Of a DNA stretch of 42,026 nt, positions 11,786-23,585 are shown piece by piece. The stretch's first letter is position 1, and each line of letters starts with the position of its first letter. The notes under the pieces are model-generated. The model was not told where the DNA came from, did not search any database, and was given only the letters and a program-made list of their open reading frames with translations. Origin of the DNA: Octopus bimaculoides (Eukaryota); the NCBI RefSeq assembly GCF_001194135.2, contig NC_068984.1, positions 60,017,629 to 60,059,654 on the forward strand, given 5' to 3'. The translations under genes were made by a program, and so were the position numbers.

Positions 11786-12105
11786 CAGAGGTGCATTAAA
11801 AAAAAGTATCTGGTTTTATTTTTCCCTGCCAAAACTAATGCTGCGTGGACAAAATCCTTTGGGTGGGAGGTGATGCCACCCTCTTCCTGTGCATGTGTGA
11901 AAATTTCCACACTGGTAGGTGGTGTCTATTCCCAGCTGTTATCCCTAGAGTACAGATGTGCGCTTGTCAGATTTTTGTTTTCACTGGATGTATTGAGCAG
12001 AGATAATGCATCAAGTTTTGCCAAAAGCTTGGTGATACTCAAGCTCATATCATCCAGAAGATTCAGCAGGCCTTTGGTGATGATGCAATGGGCAAAAATC
12101 AGATC
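11786..12105 (+). mobile_element. Mariner transposon 5' remnant
   Basis: TIR-like cagaggtgcattaaaaaaaagtatc. From 11992 the frame reads IEQR*CIKFCQKLGDTQAHIIQKIQQAFGDDAMGKNQI, a mariner N-terminal HTH. Confidence 0.85.
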
Positions 12106-12394
12106 ATGTTACTCAGCCAGATACACATTGCTACATTCATTCTGACATTTGTACTCTAACAATGGAGTAAGCTTACACAGTGTAATCAAGAAATATGTTG
12201 TTAGCTTGCAGTGCTTAGTTTAATTCTTCTTGCAGTTTTAGAAATGGTTATGGAAATGTACTCTACAATATTCAGCTCTAAAAATTCTGTTGATGCTTCA
12301 TCTGTGGATTTACCTATTTACCTATCATATTTTAGAAATCAGTGATAAATCCATATAGGCGGGATGTTGACATAATATCTAGTCTTAGAGCAAA

Positions 12395-12560
12395 TGGTTA
12401 CAGGAATGGCAATGTGGGTAAGGTATTTGTTTCCTAACCATGTAGTCCCAGGTTCAGTTCTGCTGGGCGAGTGATTTTTGATTATAACCAATTCGTTATG
12501 AATGAAGCTTGGCAGATGAAAACTGTGTGGATGATTGTTGTATGTGTGTGTGTGTGTGAG
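12395..12560 (+). mobile_element. Decayed SINE family A head
   Basis: ggcaatgtgggtaagg...cctaaccatgtagtcccaggttcagttc...ggcagatgaaaactg. Confidence 0.6.
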
Positions 12561-12918
12561 TGTGTGATCACCATCATTGTCATTGTTGTCATCATTTTTA
12601 ATATCCATTATTTTATGCTTGCATGAGTCAATTAGAATTTACTGAGGCAGATTTTCTACGACCAGATGCCTTTCCTGTGACCGATCCTTACTTGTTTCTG
12701 AGCAAGCTAATATTTCCTCATGGCCAAACGTGTTTTCACAAAATATTGGAAATGAATGACATTCATTTACAGCAATCACATGATGTCAAGACAAAAAGAC
12801 ACAAACATAAACACACATATATGTATACATATATACACACATACACCCCCCCCACACATGTATATATATATATATATATGCACACATATGTATGTGTATC
12901 TCTTTCTCTCCCTTCCGG

Positions 12919-12972
<54 letters not shown>

Positions 12973-12994
12973 GCCTGACTGTGTGTGTGTGTGC

Positions 12995-13039
<45 letters not shown>

Positions 13040-13045
<6 letters not shown>

Positions 13046-13182
13046 GGGCTTCTTTCACTTTCTGTCTGCAAAATCTACAAGGCTTTGGTTAGTCTGGGGC
13101 TATAATAGATGACGCTTGCCCAAAGTGGTCTGGCAGTGGGACTTAAACTGTAACAATCTGGTTGGGAAGCAGAGGTTTATCC

Positions 13183-13185
<3 letters not shown>
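13040..13185 (-). mobile_element. SINE family A, 5' half
   Basis: gggcttctttcac...ggctttggt...gctataatagatgacgcttgcccaaagt...ggttgggaagc. Confidence 0.7.
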
Positions 13186-13232
<47 letters not shown>

Positions 13233-13424
13233 TGTGTGTGTGTGTGAGTGACACAATAGCCTTTAACAAATCACTTTCTTTGCTCTGGGTACCTTTCCTA
13301 GATTTTTCCTCTAGTATTTTTTTTTCTTTTATCCCAAATCTTTCTATACTTTCTGTGTTGCTTACCATCGAAAGCCTCTCCTTTCCAAACACATATATAC
13401 ATGCCCAGTTATACATACATACAT

Positions 13425-13690
13425 GCACGTATCAAACCATTCTCAACTAACATAGTCAAGATTTTGGCTGTATGTTTTACTCAATATCTTTGACACTTCA
13501 CCTACTCTGAAGATGCAATATATTTCCCAACAAAATCATCCACTCCAATTGCTGCAAATATATCAATTAATTTCCCATCATTTCCTTACCATATAACATC
13601 ACAGTTTTTGCACAAGCCTCATATAGTTTGTACTTTAAGAGAGGACTTTTGTTGCCATAACAGTTAGCAGTTTACTTATCCTTTTTTTTT
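13425..13690 (-). mobile_element. RTE-like LINE reverse-transcriptase C-terminal remnant
   Basis: Minus strand gives SLKV/KLYEACAKTVMLYGKE (RTE consensus LSLKVKGRLYxACVRxVMLYGSETW) and a frameshifted RWFGHV-like stretch near 13430. Confidence 0.6.
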
Positions 13691-13825
13691 TGCAATTTAT
13701 CAGCACTCTAGTTAGTCACTGTGCTTGCTTATGACATATGTATATGTGTTTGTGTATTTCTTTGTATTTGTTTGTAGACGTATATTTCTATAAGCACCAT
13801 ATATATATACATATATATATATATA

Positions 13826-14144
13826 TACTCTTTTACTCTTTTATTTGTTTCAGTCATTTGACTGTGGCTATGCTAGAGCACCACCTTTAGTCGAGCAAAT
13901 CAACCCCGGGACTTATTCTTTGTAAGCCTAGTACTTATTTTAACAGTCTCTTTTGCCGAACCGCTAAGTGACAGGGACATAAGCACACCAGCATCAGTTG
14001 TCAAGCAATGCTAGGGGGACAAACACAGACACACAAATATATACATATACATATATACGACAGGCTTCTTTGAGTTTTCGTCTACCAAATCCACTCACAA
14101 GGCTTTGGTCGGCTCGAGGCTATAGTAGAAGACACTTGCCCAAG
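13826..14144 (-). mobile_element. SINE family A, head lost in gap
   Basis: Tail tactcttttactc, then cagtcatttgactg...gagcaccacctttagtcgagc...gctatagtagaagacacttgcccaag. Confidence 0.9.
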
Positions 14145-14356
14145 NNNNNNNNNNNNNNNNNNNNNNNNNNNNNNNNNNNNNNNNNNNNNNNNNNNNNNNN
14201 NNNNNNNNNNNNNNNNNNNNNNNNNNNNNNNNNNNNNNNNNNNNNNNNNNNNNNNNNNNNNNNNNNNNNNNNNNNNNNNNNNNNNNNNNNNNNNNNNNNN
14301 NNNNNNNNNNNNNNNNNNNNNNNNNNNNNNNATATATATATATATATATATATATA

Positions 14357-14554
14357 GTTCAAAAACACAATAACAAAAAAACAAAAAAACAACAAAGTGA
14401 GGACATGATATGGATAGTATTATTGGACGCTCAGGAAAGGAAAGAGAGAGTGTATGACGTTTCGGGCGTAGCCCTTCGTCGGAAAGATGGAAAGTTCGGA
14501 GAATGGAAGAACGGAGAAAGAGGAAAATGGTACCGATGCCCACGAGGTTACATG
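14357..14554 (-). mobile_element. Penelope-like terminal-repeat fragment carrying a hammerhead-like motif
   Basis: Same family as 2496 and 41930; contains the motif at 14456-14482. The Penelope assignment is inferred from that motif. Confidence 0.55.
14456..14482 (-). ncRNA. Minimal type-I hammerhead-ribozyme-like motif (U4C variant)
   Basis: Minus strand CCGACGA-A-GGGC-TAC-GCCC-GAAA-C-GTC: core CUGANGA with one change, a perfect 4-bp stem II, GAAA, palindromic ACGU in place of stem III, and a GUC cleavage triplet. Stem I is poor. Confidence 0.55.
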
Positions 14555-14581
14555 ATATATATATATATATAAATGTGACTA

Positions 14582-14810
14582 GGGTATTAGAAAACACCTA
14601 CATTGCTAGAAATGAGAGCAAACCACTCTAATGCTATAGCTGACGCACATGAAGGAAAACATATACACTAACAGAGACCATAAGCATCTGAAAAGTGCCG
14701 ATTGGACGATTATGGTCCCTAGTAGCATATGTTTTCATTCATATGCATTAACTACAGCATTAGAGTGATTTAGCTCTTATTTTTAGCATTGTAAGTGTTT
14801 CTTAACGCCC
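14582..14810. mobile_element. Foldback MITE-like element with ~105-bp arms, flanked by TA
   Basis: ta|gggtattagaaaacacc...gtgtttcttaacgccc|ta. Arms are roughly 80% complementary by eye, with a loop of about 8 nt (aagtgccg). Confidence 0.85.
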
Positions 14811-14872
14811 TATTCCCGTTTAGTGAGATTTGTAATGCTGTTTATATTAATTTTATATATACAAAATTTATC

Positions 14873-15032
14873 GGTGTGGCTGTGTGGTAAGAAGCTTGCT
14901 TCCCAACCACATGGGCAAATGTCTTCTACTATAGCTTTGTGAGTGGATTTGGTAGATGTAAACTGAAAGAAACCCATCTATGTATATGTTTGTGTATCTG
15001 TGTTAGTCCCCCCCCACCATCGCTTGACAACT
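14873..15032 (+). mobile_element. SINE family A with internal deletion
   Basis: ggtgtggctgtgtggtaagaagcttgcttcccaaccacat joined directly to gggcaaatgtcttctactatagc. Confidence 0.85.
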
Positions 15033-15841
15033 GAGAAATGTATGAAGAGAGATGTGCGCTCAACAAACCTCAGTGTAGGTAACCCATCAAAGAGATTCTG
15101 ATACAGAGAAGAAAGTATCTTTAGTCTGCAGAAATCCTCTTGATAACATTTACAACACAGTATATTATGTTAAATAACATTATTTAGAATTGTAAATAAT
15201 GATTTAACTTCAATGTTATGTGTTAGCCACTCAAATAAACTTGATATAATATCTTTTAGTAAAGTGTATACATAAGTAATATACCATGTATCGTATTTTA
15301 AACAAACTCTAGTTTATAGATAAAAAGAAAAACACTTCCCTTAGATAACAGTCTGATATTGAAATATCTGAATAAATAACATTCAATTAATTATTAGTCT
15401 CAAAGTTCCATTTGAAAAAAGATTATTCATTATAAGCTCCATTATAATTTATTTCAGTATCCTGTGAATCACTCTTTCCACTAAAATAGATTCCCCACCT
15501 TTCTTTAGCACATTTTAGTACATTTTCTTTTTCATCTAACCAACACCTTTTTTTTTGCTTTTCTTTACACAGTAAATACTTCATAATCCCAATTGATCTC
15601 TCTGTTATTGTTTTCCTTATCTCTTATCTTTACTATTCTATTTGTCCATACCATCAAAACTGGTATACTTTTGCAAATACTCATCTTACTCATTCTTTAT
15701 TCAGTTTGAAATGCCTATGGTCATACTCAAAGGTTAACAGTTATCATTTTCCTGCCAGAATAATATATTCTACAAAATATATTGACTGCTTTCCTCAGTT
15801 GCTGTTTTATATGTTTGTTTCTTGGTGCAAAATAGAAGGCG

Positions 15842-15883
<42 letters not shown>

Positions 15884-16136
15884 NNNNNNNNNNNNNNNNN
15901 NNNNNNNNNNNNNNNNNNNNNNNNNNNNNNNNNNNNNNNNNNNNNNNNNNNNNNNNNNNNNNNNNNNNNNNNNNNNNNNNNNNNNNNNNNNNNNNNNNNN
16001 NNNNNNNNNNNNNNNNNNNNNNNNNNNNNNNNNNNNNNNNNNNNNNNNNNNNNNNNNNNNNNNNNNNNNNNNNNNNNNNNNNNNNNNNNNNCAACGGTCA
16101 ATCATAGTAATGGCTGACCATATATATATATATATA

Positions 16137-16290
16137 TCATCATCATCATCGTTTAACGTCCGCTTTCTATGCTAGCATGGGTTGGACGATTTGACTGAGG
16201 ACTGGTGAAACCGGATGGCAACACCAGGCTCCAATCTAATTTGGCAGAGTTTCTACAGCTGGATGCCCTTCCTAACGCCAACCACTCACA
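16137..16290 (-). mobile_element. Retroposon family B, 3' part
   Basis: (CAT)n-cgtttaacgtccgc...gcatgggttggacg...ctacagctggatgcccttcctaacgccaacc. Confidence 0.85.
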
Positions 16291-18958
16291 CACACTTTTA
16301 TTAAAGCTGTGAAAATCTTCATAAATTGTTACTCAGAGTTTCATGTTACCATTCATTGGACAGTTGTGATCATACTCTATACTATTTTTTCCATCTTATT
16401 TTGTATTTACATATGTGCTTACTTGAGTATATATAGATATGTCCAAAACGCTTAGTTTTAGAATGGTGGCAGCTGATGAAGGAAATGTTCTCTACGTGGC
16501 CTGTGTGTTTTCTGTACTCTGTTTATCATTTTGTCCATGTTTTTTTTGCAATGTCCTGTACCCAGATATGCATCTATATATACATGTAGATGTAGGTATG
16601 TACATACATGTACGTATATATGCATATACTCATATATTATTTGTATTATATGTATATATACATATATACATATGTATATCTATAATACATCAAAGTCAGA
16701 TTGAATCTTGCTTGCTTGCTATGTTACCCTGGCAAACTGGTGCATAATGGGAAAATACTATGAATTTAGCTCCCTTGAAATGTAAGTATGAGTGGAATGA
16801 AACAAATTTCGTGTAAATTGGATGAATAGTTGTGAAGATATTTAGGGTTTTTGGGGTATAAATACCGAAAACGGTGCATAATGGAAAAAGTCTATGAAAT
16901 TAACTTGGTCCTGGAAGGGAAGTAACCCATACATTTCGATTATACAATGACTTGACAAAGAAAAATGCTTTTCTTTCCGCTTTTGTTAAACACAATATTT
17001 TAATCATTTAGAAATATTTTTTATTGAATGTGATTTCAAAAATATAAGTTGTTTGTACAATAAGTACTTATACTTTAGCTTTCTTTAAACAGACAATATT
17101 TTAATGGTTTTTTAAAATTATTTTCAAGTGAATACCATTACAAAAATTCTTTTTAACATAGATATTTTGTAAAAGACCTGTTCGTAATCTCAGTGTGAAA
17201 TAATTTTTTTCTATAGTTATTTTTAAGAGTGCATTTAAAGTATTTCAGTTCCAAAGATTTGGCTGCTATTTCTAGCAAGCCCTGCTATCATGTAACTGCT
17301 ATTTGTGATAAAGGACCCGAAATACCTGTATGTGGTATCAGGGTGTGCAAGAAATAGCAGCCAGATCTTTACTTTTCTGGGGGAAAGGAGTTGCTTACGT
17401 GTGATTTCGATGTCACATTTGTTGAAAGCTTCACTTCCACACACTCCAGCTTAATTTAATTCTTCCTTAGTTGAAAGACACCTGTTGTTAATGATCTGTT
17501 GTTTGTATTTTTAATTGTGTACCATTTCTCCGATTTTTTGGTCCTTGTTTTCGTATACATTCACTTGCTTCCTTTCCAGGAGTCTAGTGCTTTTAGCTTA
17601 GATTTTGGGGGGCTGGCCAGATTGGAGCAGTCTCGAGTACAACTGGCCGAAACTGCAAAGATGATCTGGAACTCGACTGAGGATAGGAAGCTCCGAATGA
17701 CCTGTCCTTGTTTTTTCCTGTCCTTTTTTGTATTGTCTAACTGTCTGGATGTTTTGCTGCTGCCTGTTACATTCTTGTTCCTTTTTTATTTTCTTTATAT
17801 NNNNNNNNNNNNNNNNNNNNNNNNNNNNNNNNNNNNNNNNNNNNNNNNNNNNNNNNNNNNNNNNNNNNNNNNNNNNNNNNNNNNNNNNNNNNNNNNNNNN
17901 NNNNNNNNNNNNNNNNNNNNNNNNNNNNNNNNNNNNNNNNNNNNNNNNNNNNNNNNNNNNNNNNNNNNNNNNNNNNNNNNNNNNNNNNNNNNNNNNNNNN
18001 NNNNNNNNNNNNNNNNNNNNNNNNNNNNNNNNNNNNNNNNNNNNNNNNNNNNNNNNNNNNNNNNNNNNNNNNNNNNNNNNNNNNNNNNNNNNNNNNNNNN
18101 NNNNNNNNNNNNNNNNNNNNNNNNNNNNNNNNNNNNNNNNNNNNNNNNNNNNNNNNNNNNNNNNNNNNNNNNNNNNNNNNNNNNNNNNNNNNNNNNNNNN
18201 NNNNNNNNNNNNNNNNNNNNNNNNNNNNNNNNNNNNNNNNNNNNNNNNNNNNNNNNNNNNNNNNNNNNNNNNNNNNNNNNNNNNNNNNNNNNNNNNNNNN
18301 NNNNNNNNNNNNNNNNNNNNNNNNNNNNNNNNNNNNNNNNNNNNNNNNNNNNNNNNNNNNNNNNNNNNNNNNNNNNNNNNNNNNNNNNNNNNNNNNNNNN
18401 NNNNNNNNNNNNNNNNNNNNNNNNNNNNNNNNNNNNNNNNNNNNNNNNNNNNNNNNNNNNNNNNNNNNNNNNNNNNNNNNNNNNNNNNNNNNNNNNNNNN
18501 NNNNNNNNNNNNNNNNNNNNNNNNNNNNNNNNNNNNNNNNNNNNNNACCTAGTGGTCATCCCTTATACACGTGTAATACAATTTTTTCTGAATTTTCAGA
18601 TTTGTTATATGCTAGGCCACTTGGTTTTAAATTGAATTAATATTCAATTTATCATCCTATCTATATAAATATATATATATATATTTATTTATATGAGCAA
18701 CACACACATACACACACGCATGTATTTACACCAATTGCATACATATTTTTTGTACGCATACATGTTCGTATATGTGTATGTGTGTTGCCCGTATATCAAC
18801 AAAACACACACACCTTGCCTTACATATATATACGGATAAATGATTTGAAATAAATATATTTTGGAAATGGCGATTTACGGTACAATACCTAGAAACGTGA
18901 AAATCAGACCACATGGGTTTGTTTACATCAATTCGGCAGAGATAGAGAGAGCGCGTTC

Positions 18959-19070
18959 TCCCTAGGCTATAGTAGAAGACACTTGCCCAAGGTGCCACGC
19001 AATGGGACTGAACCCGGAACCATGTGGTTGGTAAGCAAGCTACTTACCACACAGTCACTCCTGCGCCTAT
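18959..19070 (-). mobile_element. SINE family A head
   Basis: Low-divergence copy: ggctatagtagaagacacttgcccaaggtgccacgc...gaacccggaaccatgtggttggtaagcaagc. Confidence 0.9.
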
Positions 19071-19278
19071 ATATGTATACATACATACATATATACATAT
19101 TATTATATATATATGTAAATCATTACTCTCCAAATCACACACTACAGCAGAAATCATACACAACACAGCTCCAGTCCAACAGGAATTTCTATCAAAATTA
19201 CTTTCCTTTCCTACAGTGGAGATATTGTCTTTCCAATCAATAATATAGCTAGTCTCCTGAATGGTATGGTAAAAAAAT

Positions 19279-19512
19279 TGCACTGGACTCACTGCAAACA
19301 CTTTCAAAGTTAATTATTACTAACATCTACACTCATTCAGATGAAGTGACAGAGAAAATTTCATACCTTTCTTTCAATTCATTTGGAAACTCAGAGATCA
19401 TGGACTGGAACACCCAGCAATAGTATGGAACATCATCAATAAGACTAGCTTGATTATATCACTAAACTATATGCTTTGTGTAAGTATAAAGTTCCAGATA
19501 GTGCATCTGGAA
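19279..19512 (+). mobile_element. Penelope-like element GIY-YIG endonuclease remnant
   Basis: One frame reads CTGLTANTFKVNYY*HLHSFR*SDREN..FIWKLRDHGLEHPAIVWNIINK...MLCVSIKFQI, matching the PLE pattern YIG.T...FK.RY.NH..SF...LSK.IW.LK...I.W.I..CxLC..EK..I. Confidence 0.8.
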
Positions 19513-20494
19513 ATCATAGATATTACGTAATCATTATCCTTGACAATTCAATATTACCCTTGATTTCTAGATAACAGAGTAGGCTCGCCAATAACTCTGT
19601 GTCTTGACTGGGCAATTTCCCTGATATCATAGCAGACCAGCTAGTAATATTTTTGACCTGACTCATATTGACCTTTGATAAACGACCTAGCTGGAGCATT
19701 GTGAACACAACTTCAACCATTCACCAAATATTACTTTACCTACAATGTGTGCACCTTATGACATTTGATTCACATGTGAATCTAATTATTTTCTTTTGGT
19801 CATTACCTCTGTTGAGAGTAATTGACCTTGCCTCATATTTACATGAAATCATTTGTTTTGTTTTTTCTTGTTCAAGTCACATTGCACCAATGCAAGAGAT
19901 CTGATTATTTAGAAATGACTTTGGATATGTTTTCAAAATTTTGGTAAATTTGGATATGTCTTCAAAATTTATTAAGTAATTGTGGAATTGTTTCAGGATA
20001 AATAGACATACATTAAGTCTTACATTCTCTCTCTCTTCTCTCTCTCACACACACACATTCACTTACACAGTGATTGATTATGGAAATCAAAAACTTCAAT
20101 GACTCACAGTAACCAATGACTTCATTTGGGACTGAGAATTTTTGAACTAATTAAAGATTCCAGGCCTGTGATTAAACCACCTGTTACCATAAGACCCTTC
20201 AGCATTCTAATTTTGATAATAACTTTTTATGCTTAAATCTATATTGGGATTAGTATTAAGTACACCCTACCCACTGTTCTTATGTACATACATATGTGTG
20301 TGTATGCGTGTGTGTTTATTTAATAACAGTTTGACTCAGCTCTCTCTATATGTGGCACTTAAGACTGACCAATCACATCAGATATCAGCAGAAGAAAAAA
20401 GTATATGTAACTTCTACCAAATGTGTTGAGTGTCATTTTCTTTCATTTGTCTACTCATGTGTTTATAAATACATGTGTGTATGTGTGTGTGTGA

Positions 20495-20536
<42 letters not shown>

Positions 20537-20544
20537 TTTTTATA

Positions 20545-20680
20545 TGTATTCTTTTATTCTTTTGCTTGTTTCAGTCATTTGACTACGGCCATGCTGGAGC
20601 ACCGCCTTTAGTCAAGCAAATCGACCCCAGGACTTATTCTGTCAGTCTCTTTTGCTGAACCGCTAAGTTATGAGGATGTA
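20545..20680 (-). mobile_element. SINE family A, 3' part
   Basis: gtttcagtcatttgactacggccatgctggagcaccgcctttagtc...gaaccgctaagtta. Confidence 0.85.
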
Positions 20681-21025
20681 NNNNNNNNNNNNNNNNNNNN
20701 NNNNNNNNNNNNNNNNNNNNNNNNNNNNNNNNNNNNNNNNNNNNNNNNNNNNNNNNNNNNNNNNNNNNNNNNNNNNNNNNNNNNNNNNNNNNNNNNNNNN
20801 NNNNNNNNNNNNNNNNNNNNNNNNNNNNNNNNNNNNNNNNNNNNNNNNNNNNNNNNNNNNNNNNNNNNNNNNNNNNNNNNNNNNNNNNNNNNNNNNNNNN
20901 NNNNNNNNNNNNNNNNNNNNNNNNNNNNNNNNNNNNNNNNNNNNNNNNNNNNNNNNNNNNNNNNNNNNNNNNNNNNNNNNNNNNNNNNNNNNNNNNNNNN
21001 NNNNNNNNNNNNNNNNNNNNNNNNN

Positions 21026-21063
<38 letters not shown>

Positions 21064-21964
21064 AATATATGCATGTATCAAATAGGATCTTTTACATAGA
21101 TGCACACACAGAGAAACACAGAAACGCACATATAAAATGTAAATATGATAAACATGAAAAATTACAGAAAGAAGAAAGTTTAATGCTTTAATTCAAAGAG
21201 AAAGTGTCTTAACATTTTGGATGTTATTCTATTCGCAGAAAAAAGCAAAAAAAAGAGCAGCACAGAGGGTGTGAGAAAGAGAAATAGTTGTAGAAAAATT
21301 ATAAAAACAATCAGGCGAAGGGTTAGAAACCAGGTGGGGATGCTGTTCTATGGAGGGAAGTTAAGAAGAGAGAAATGGATGTAACCGAGCTGCATGTAGA
21401 AGAGTGTATTTGTGTCTGAAAGTGAGCATAAGGCAGAGGTGGTTGTGTGTGTCTGTTACTGAGGTATGTGTGTATGGAGGTATGGAATTACTGTGGCATG
21501 TGTGGTGTTGGTGTGTATATGTAAATTACATGTGGTAGGAGGGTGGTAGGAAAGCATGTATATGAAGAGATGCAAGTGTGAAGAAGTAAAAATTTGATGA
21601 TGTACATAGGACAACAAGAGCAAAGATGGGAGGTGTTATTGGTATGTATGCAAGTATATAACAGAAGTATGTAAGGGGTGTGAAAACATTTCTTAATAAA
21701 GGGGAAAAGTTTGAACTAAAATTTGAAAGTGAGAGACAGATGTATGAATTTTATGAAAGAGAAGAAAAGCCCCCAAAAGAAATTGATAAAAATTACACAG
21801 CTATACTATAAGATCTGAAGAGTTTGGTAGAACATTCAGAAGATGGTCAGAAACTAGTAAAATCCATGAAAAGAAGCGACAAAGACAAAAAAGCTGGAAC
21901 CCACAAGGAAGAAATAACTGATGAAGAGGTGAAAAAAACCATATGTAATACAAATGGCAGAGGG

Positions 21965-21995
<31 letters not shown>

Positions 21996-22799
21996 NNNNN
22001 NNNNNNNNNNNNNNNNNNNNNNNNNNNNNNNNNNNNNNNNNNNNNNNNNNNNNNNNNNNNNNNNNNNNNNNNNNNNNNNNNNNNNNNNNNNNNNNNNNNN
22101 NNNNNNNNNNNNNNNNNNNNNNNNNNNNNNNNNNNNNNNNNNNNNNNNNNNNNNNNNNNNNNNNNNNNNNNNNNNNNNNNNNNNNNNNNNNNNNNNNNNN
22201 NNNNNNNNNNNNNNNNNNNNNNNNNNNNNNNNNNNNNNNNNNNNNNNNNNNNNNNNNNNNNNNNNNNNNNNNNNNNNNNNNNNNNNNNNNNNNNNNNNNN
22301 NNNNNNNNNNNNNNNNNNNNNNNNNNNNNNNNNNNNNNNNNNNNNNNNNNNNNNNNNNNNNNNNNNNNNNNNNNNNNNNNNNNNNNNNNNNNNNNNNNNN
22401 NNNNNNNNNNNNNNNNNNNNNNNNNNNNNNNNNNNNNNNNNNNNNNNNNNNNNNNNNNNNNNNNNNNNNNNNNNNNNNNNNNNNNNNNNNNNNNNNNNNN
22501 NNNNNNNNNNNNNNNNNNNNNNNNNNNNNNNNNNNNNNNNNNNNNNNNNNNNNNNNNNNNNNNNNNNNNNNNNNNNNNNNNNNNNNNNNNNNNNNNNNNN
22601 NNNNNNNNNNNNNNNNNNNNNNNNNNNNNNNNNNNNNNNNNNNNNNNNNNNNNNNNNNNNNNNNNNNNNNNNNNNNNNNNNNNNNNNNNNNNNNNNNNNN
22701 NNNNNNNNNNNNNNNNNNNNNNNNNNNNNNNNNNNNNNNNNNNNNNNNNNNNNNNNNNNNNNNNNNNNNNNNNNNNNNNNNNNNNNNNCATATACATAT

Positions 22800-22963
22800 A
22801 TATGACGGGCTTTTTTCAGTTTATGTCTACCAAATCGACTCACAAGGCTTTGGTCGGTCCGAGGCTATAGTAGAAGACACTTGCCCAAAGTGCCATGCAG
22901 TGGGAATGAACCCGGAATCATGTGGTTGGTAAGCAAGCTACTTACCACACAGCCACTCCTGCA
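22800..22963 (-). mobile_element. SINE family A, 5' half
   Basis: gacgggc...cacaaggctttggtcggtccgaggctatagtagaagacacttgccc...cttaccacacagccactcctgc. Confidence 0.9.
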
Positions 22964-23029
22964 TGTATAAAAACTTATGAAATGTTCCAACTGCTTATGG
23001 ATTAACTTGTGTGAGCCAATCACCTGTTT

Positions 23030-23533
23030 TTTTGCTTGCACAAGAAGCCAGGTAAATCAAGTCTACCGGGAAGCAATGACAATCCCCTTTTTTGATAGCA
23101 AAGACATCATCTACATCTTTTTCATTCCCTCTGGCCAGAAACTTAACAAAGAGTACTTTGTTGAGGTTTTGAGAGAGTTCAGGAAGGTATTTCATCACAA
23201 AAGTTCAGAGCACCTACATCAGGACAATGCATCAATCTGCAATTCCTTCCTGGTAACCAACTACTTGACAAAGGCGCATCAAAACTGTCTCTCACCTTCC
23301 TTACAATTCAGACCTTGCTTCATGTGATGTTTTGTTGTTATTTAAGCTGAAGGAGAAAATGAAGGCAGCTGTGATATGAATCCTGATACCATCACAAAGT
23401 AATGGTCAGAACTCTATAGCAAATGTATTGAAGTCAGAGGACCCTACCATAAAGGAGATTAGGGTTTTGTACTTCTTTGAAATTAATAAATGTCCCTCCT
23501 GAAAAAGTCTCAAAGCTTCTGGAATGCACCTGG
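23030..23533 (+). mobile_element. Mariner transposon 3' remnant
   Basis: MTIPFFDSKDIIYIFFIPSGQKLNKEYFVEVLREFRK...HLHQDNASICNSFLVTNYL is the DDD catalytic region. It ends in the TIR ggaatgcacctgg followed by TA. Confidence 0.88.
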
Positions 23534-23585
23534 TATATATATATATATATATATATAAGGGGTTTGTATGATAGTGTATAGAGGA

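Noticed and set aside
19767-19782. Perfect 16-bp palindrome (another at 39555-39570)
   Set aside because: About one is expected by chance in this much AT-rich DNA.
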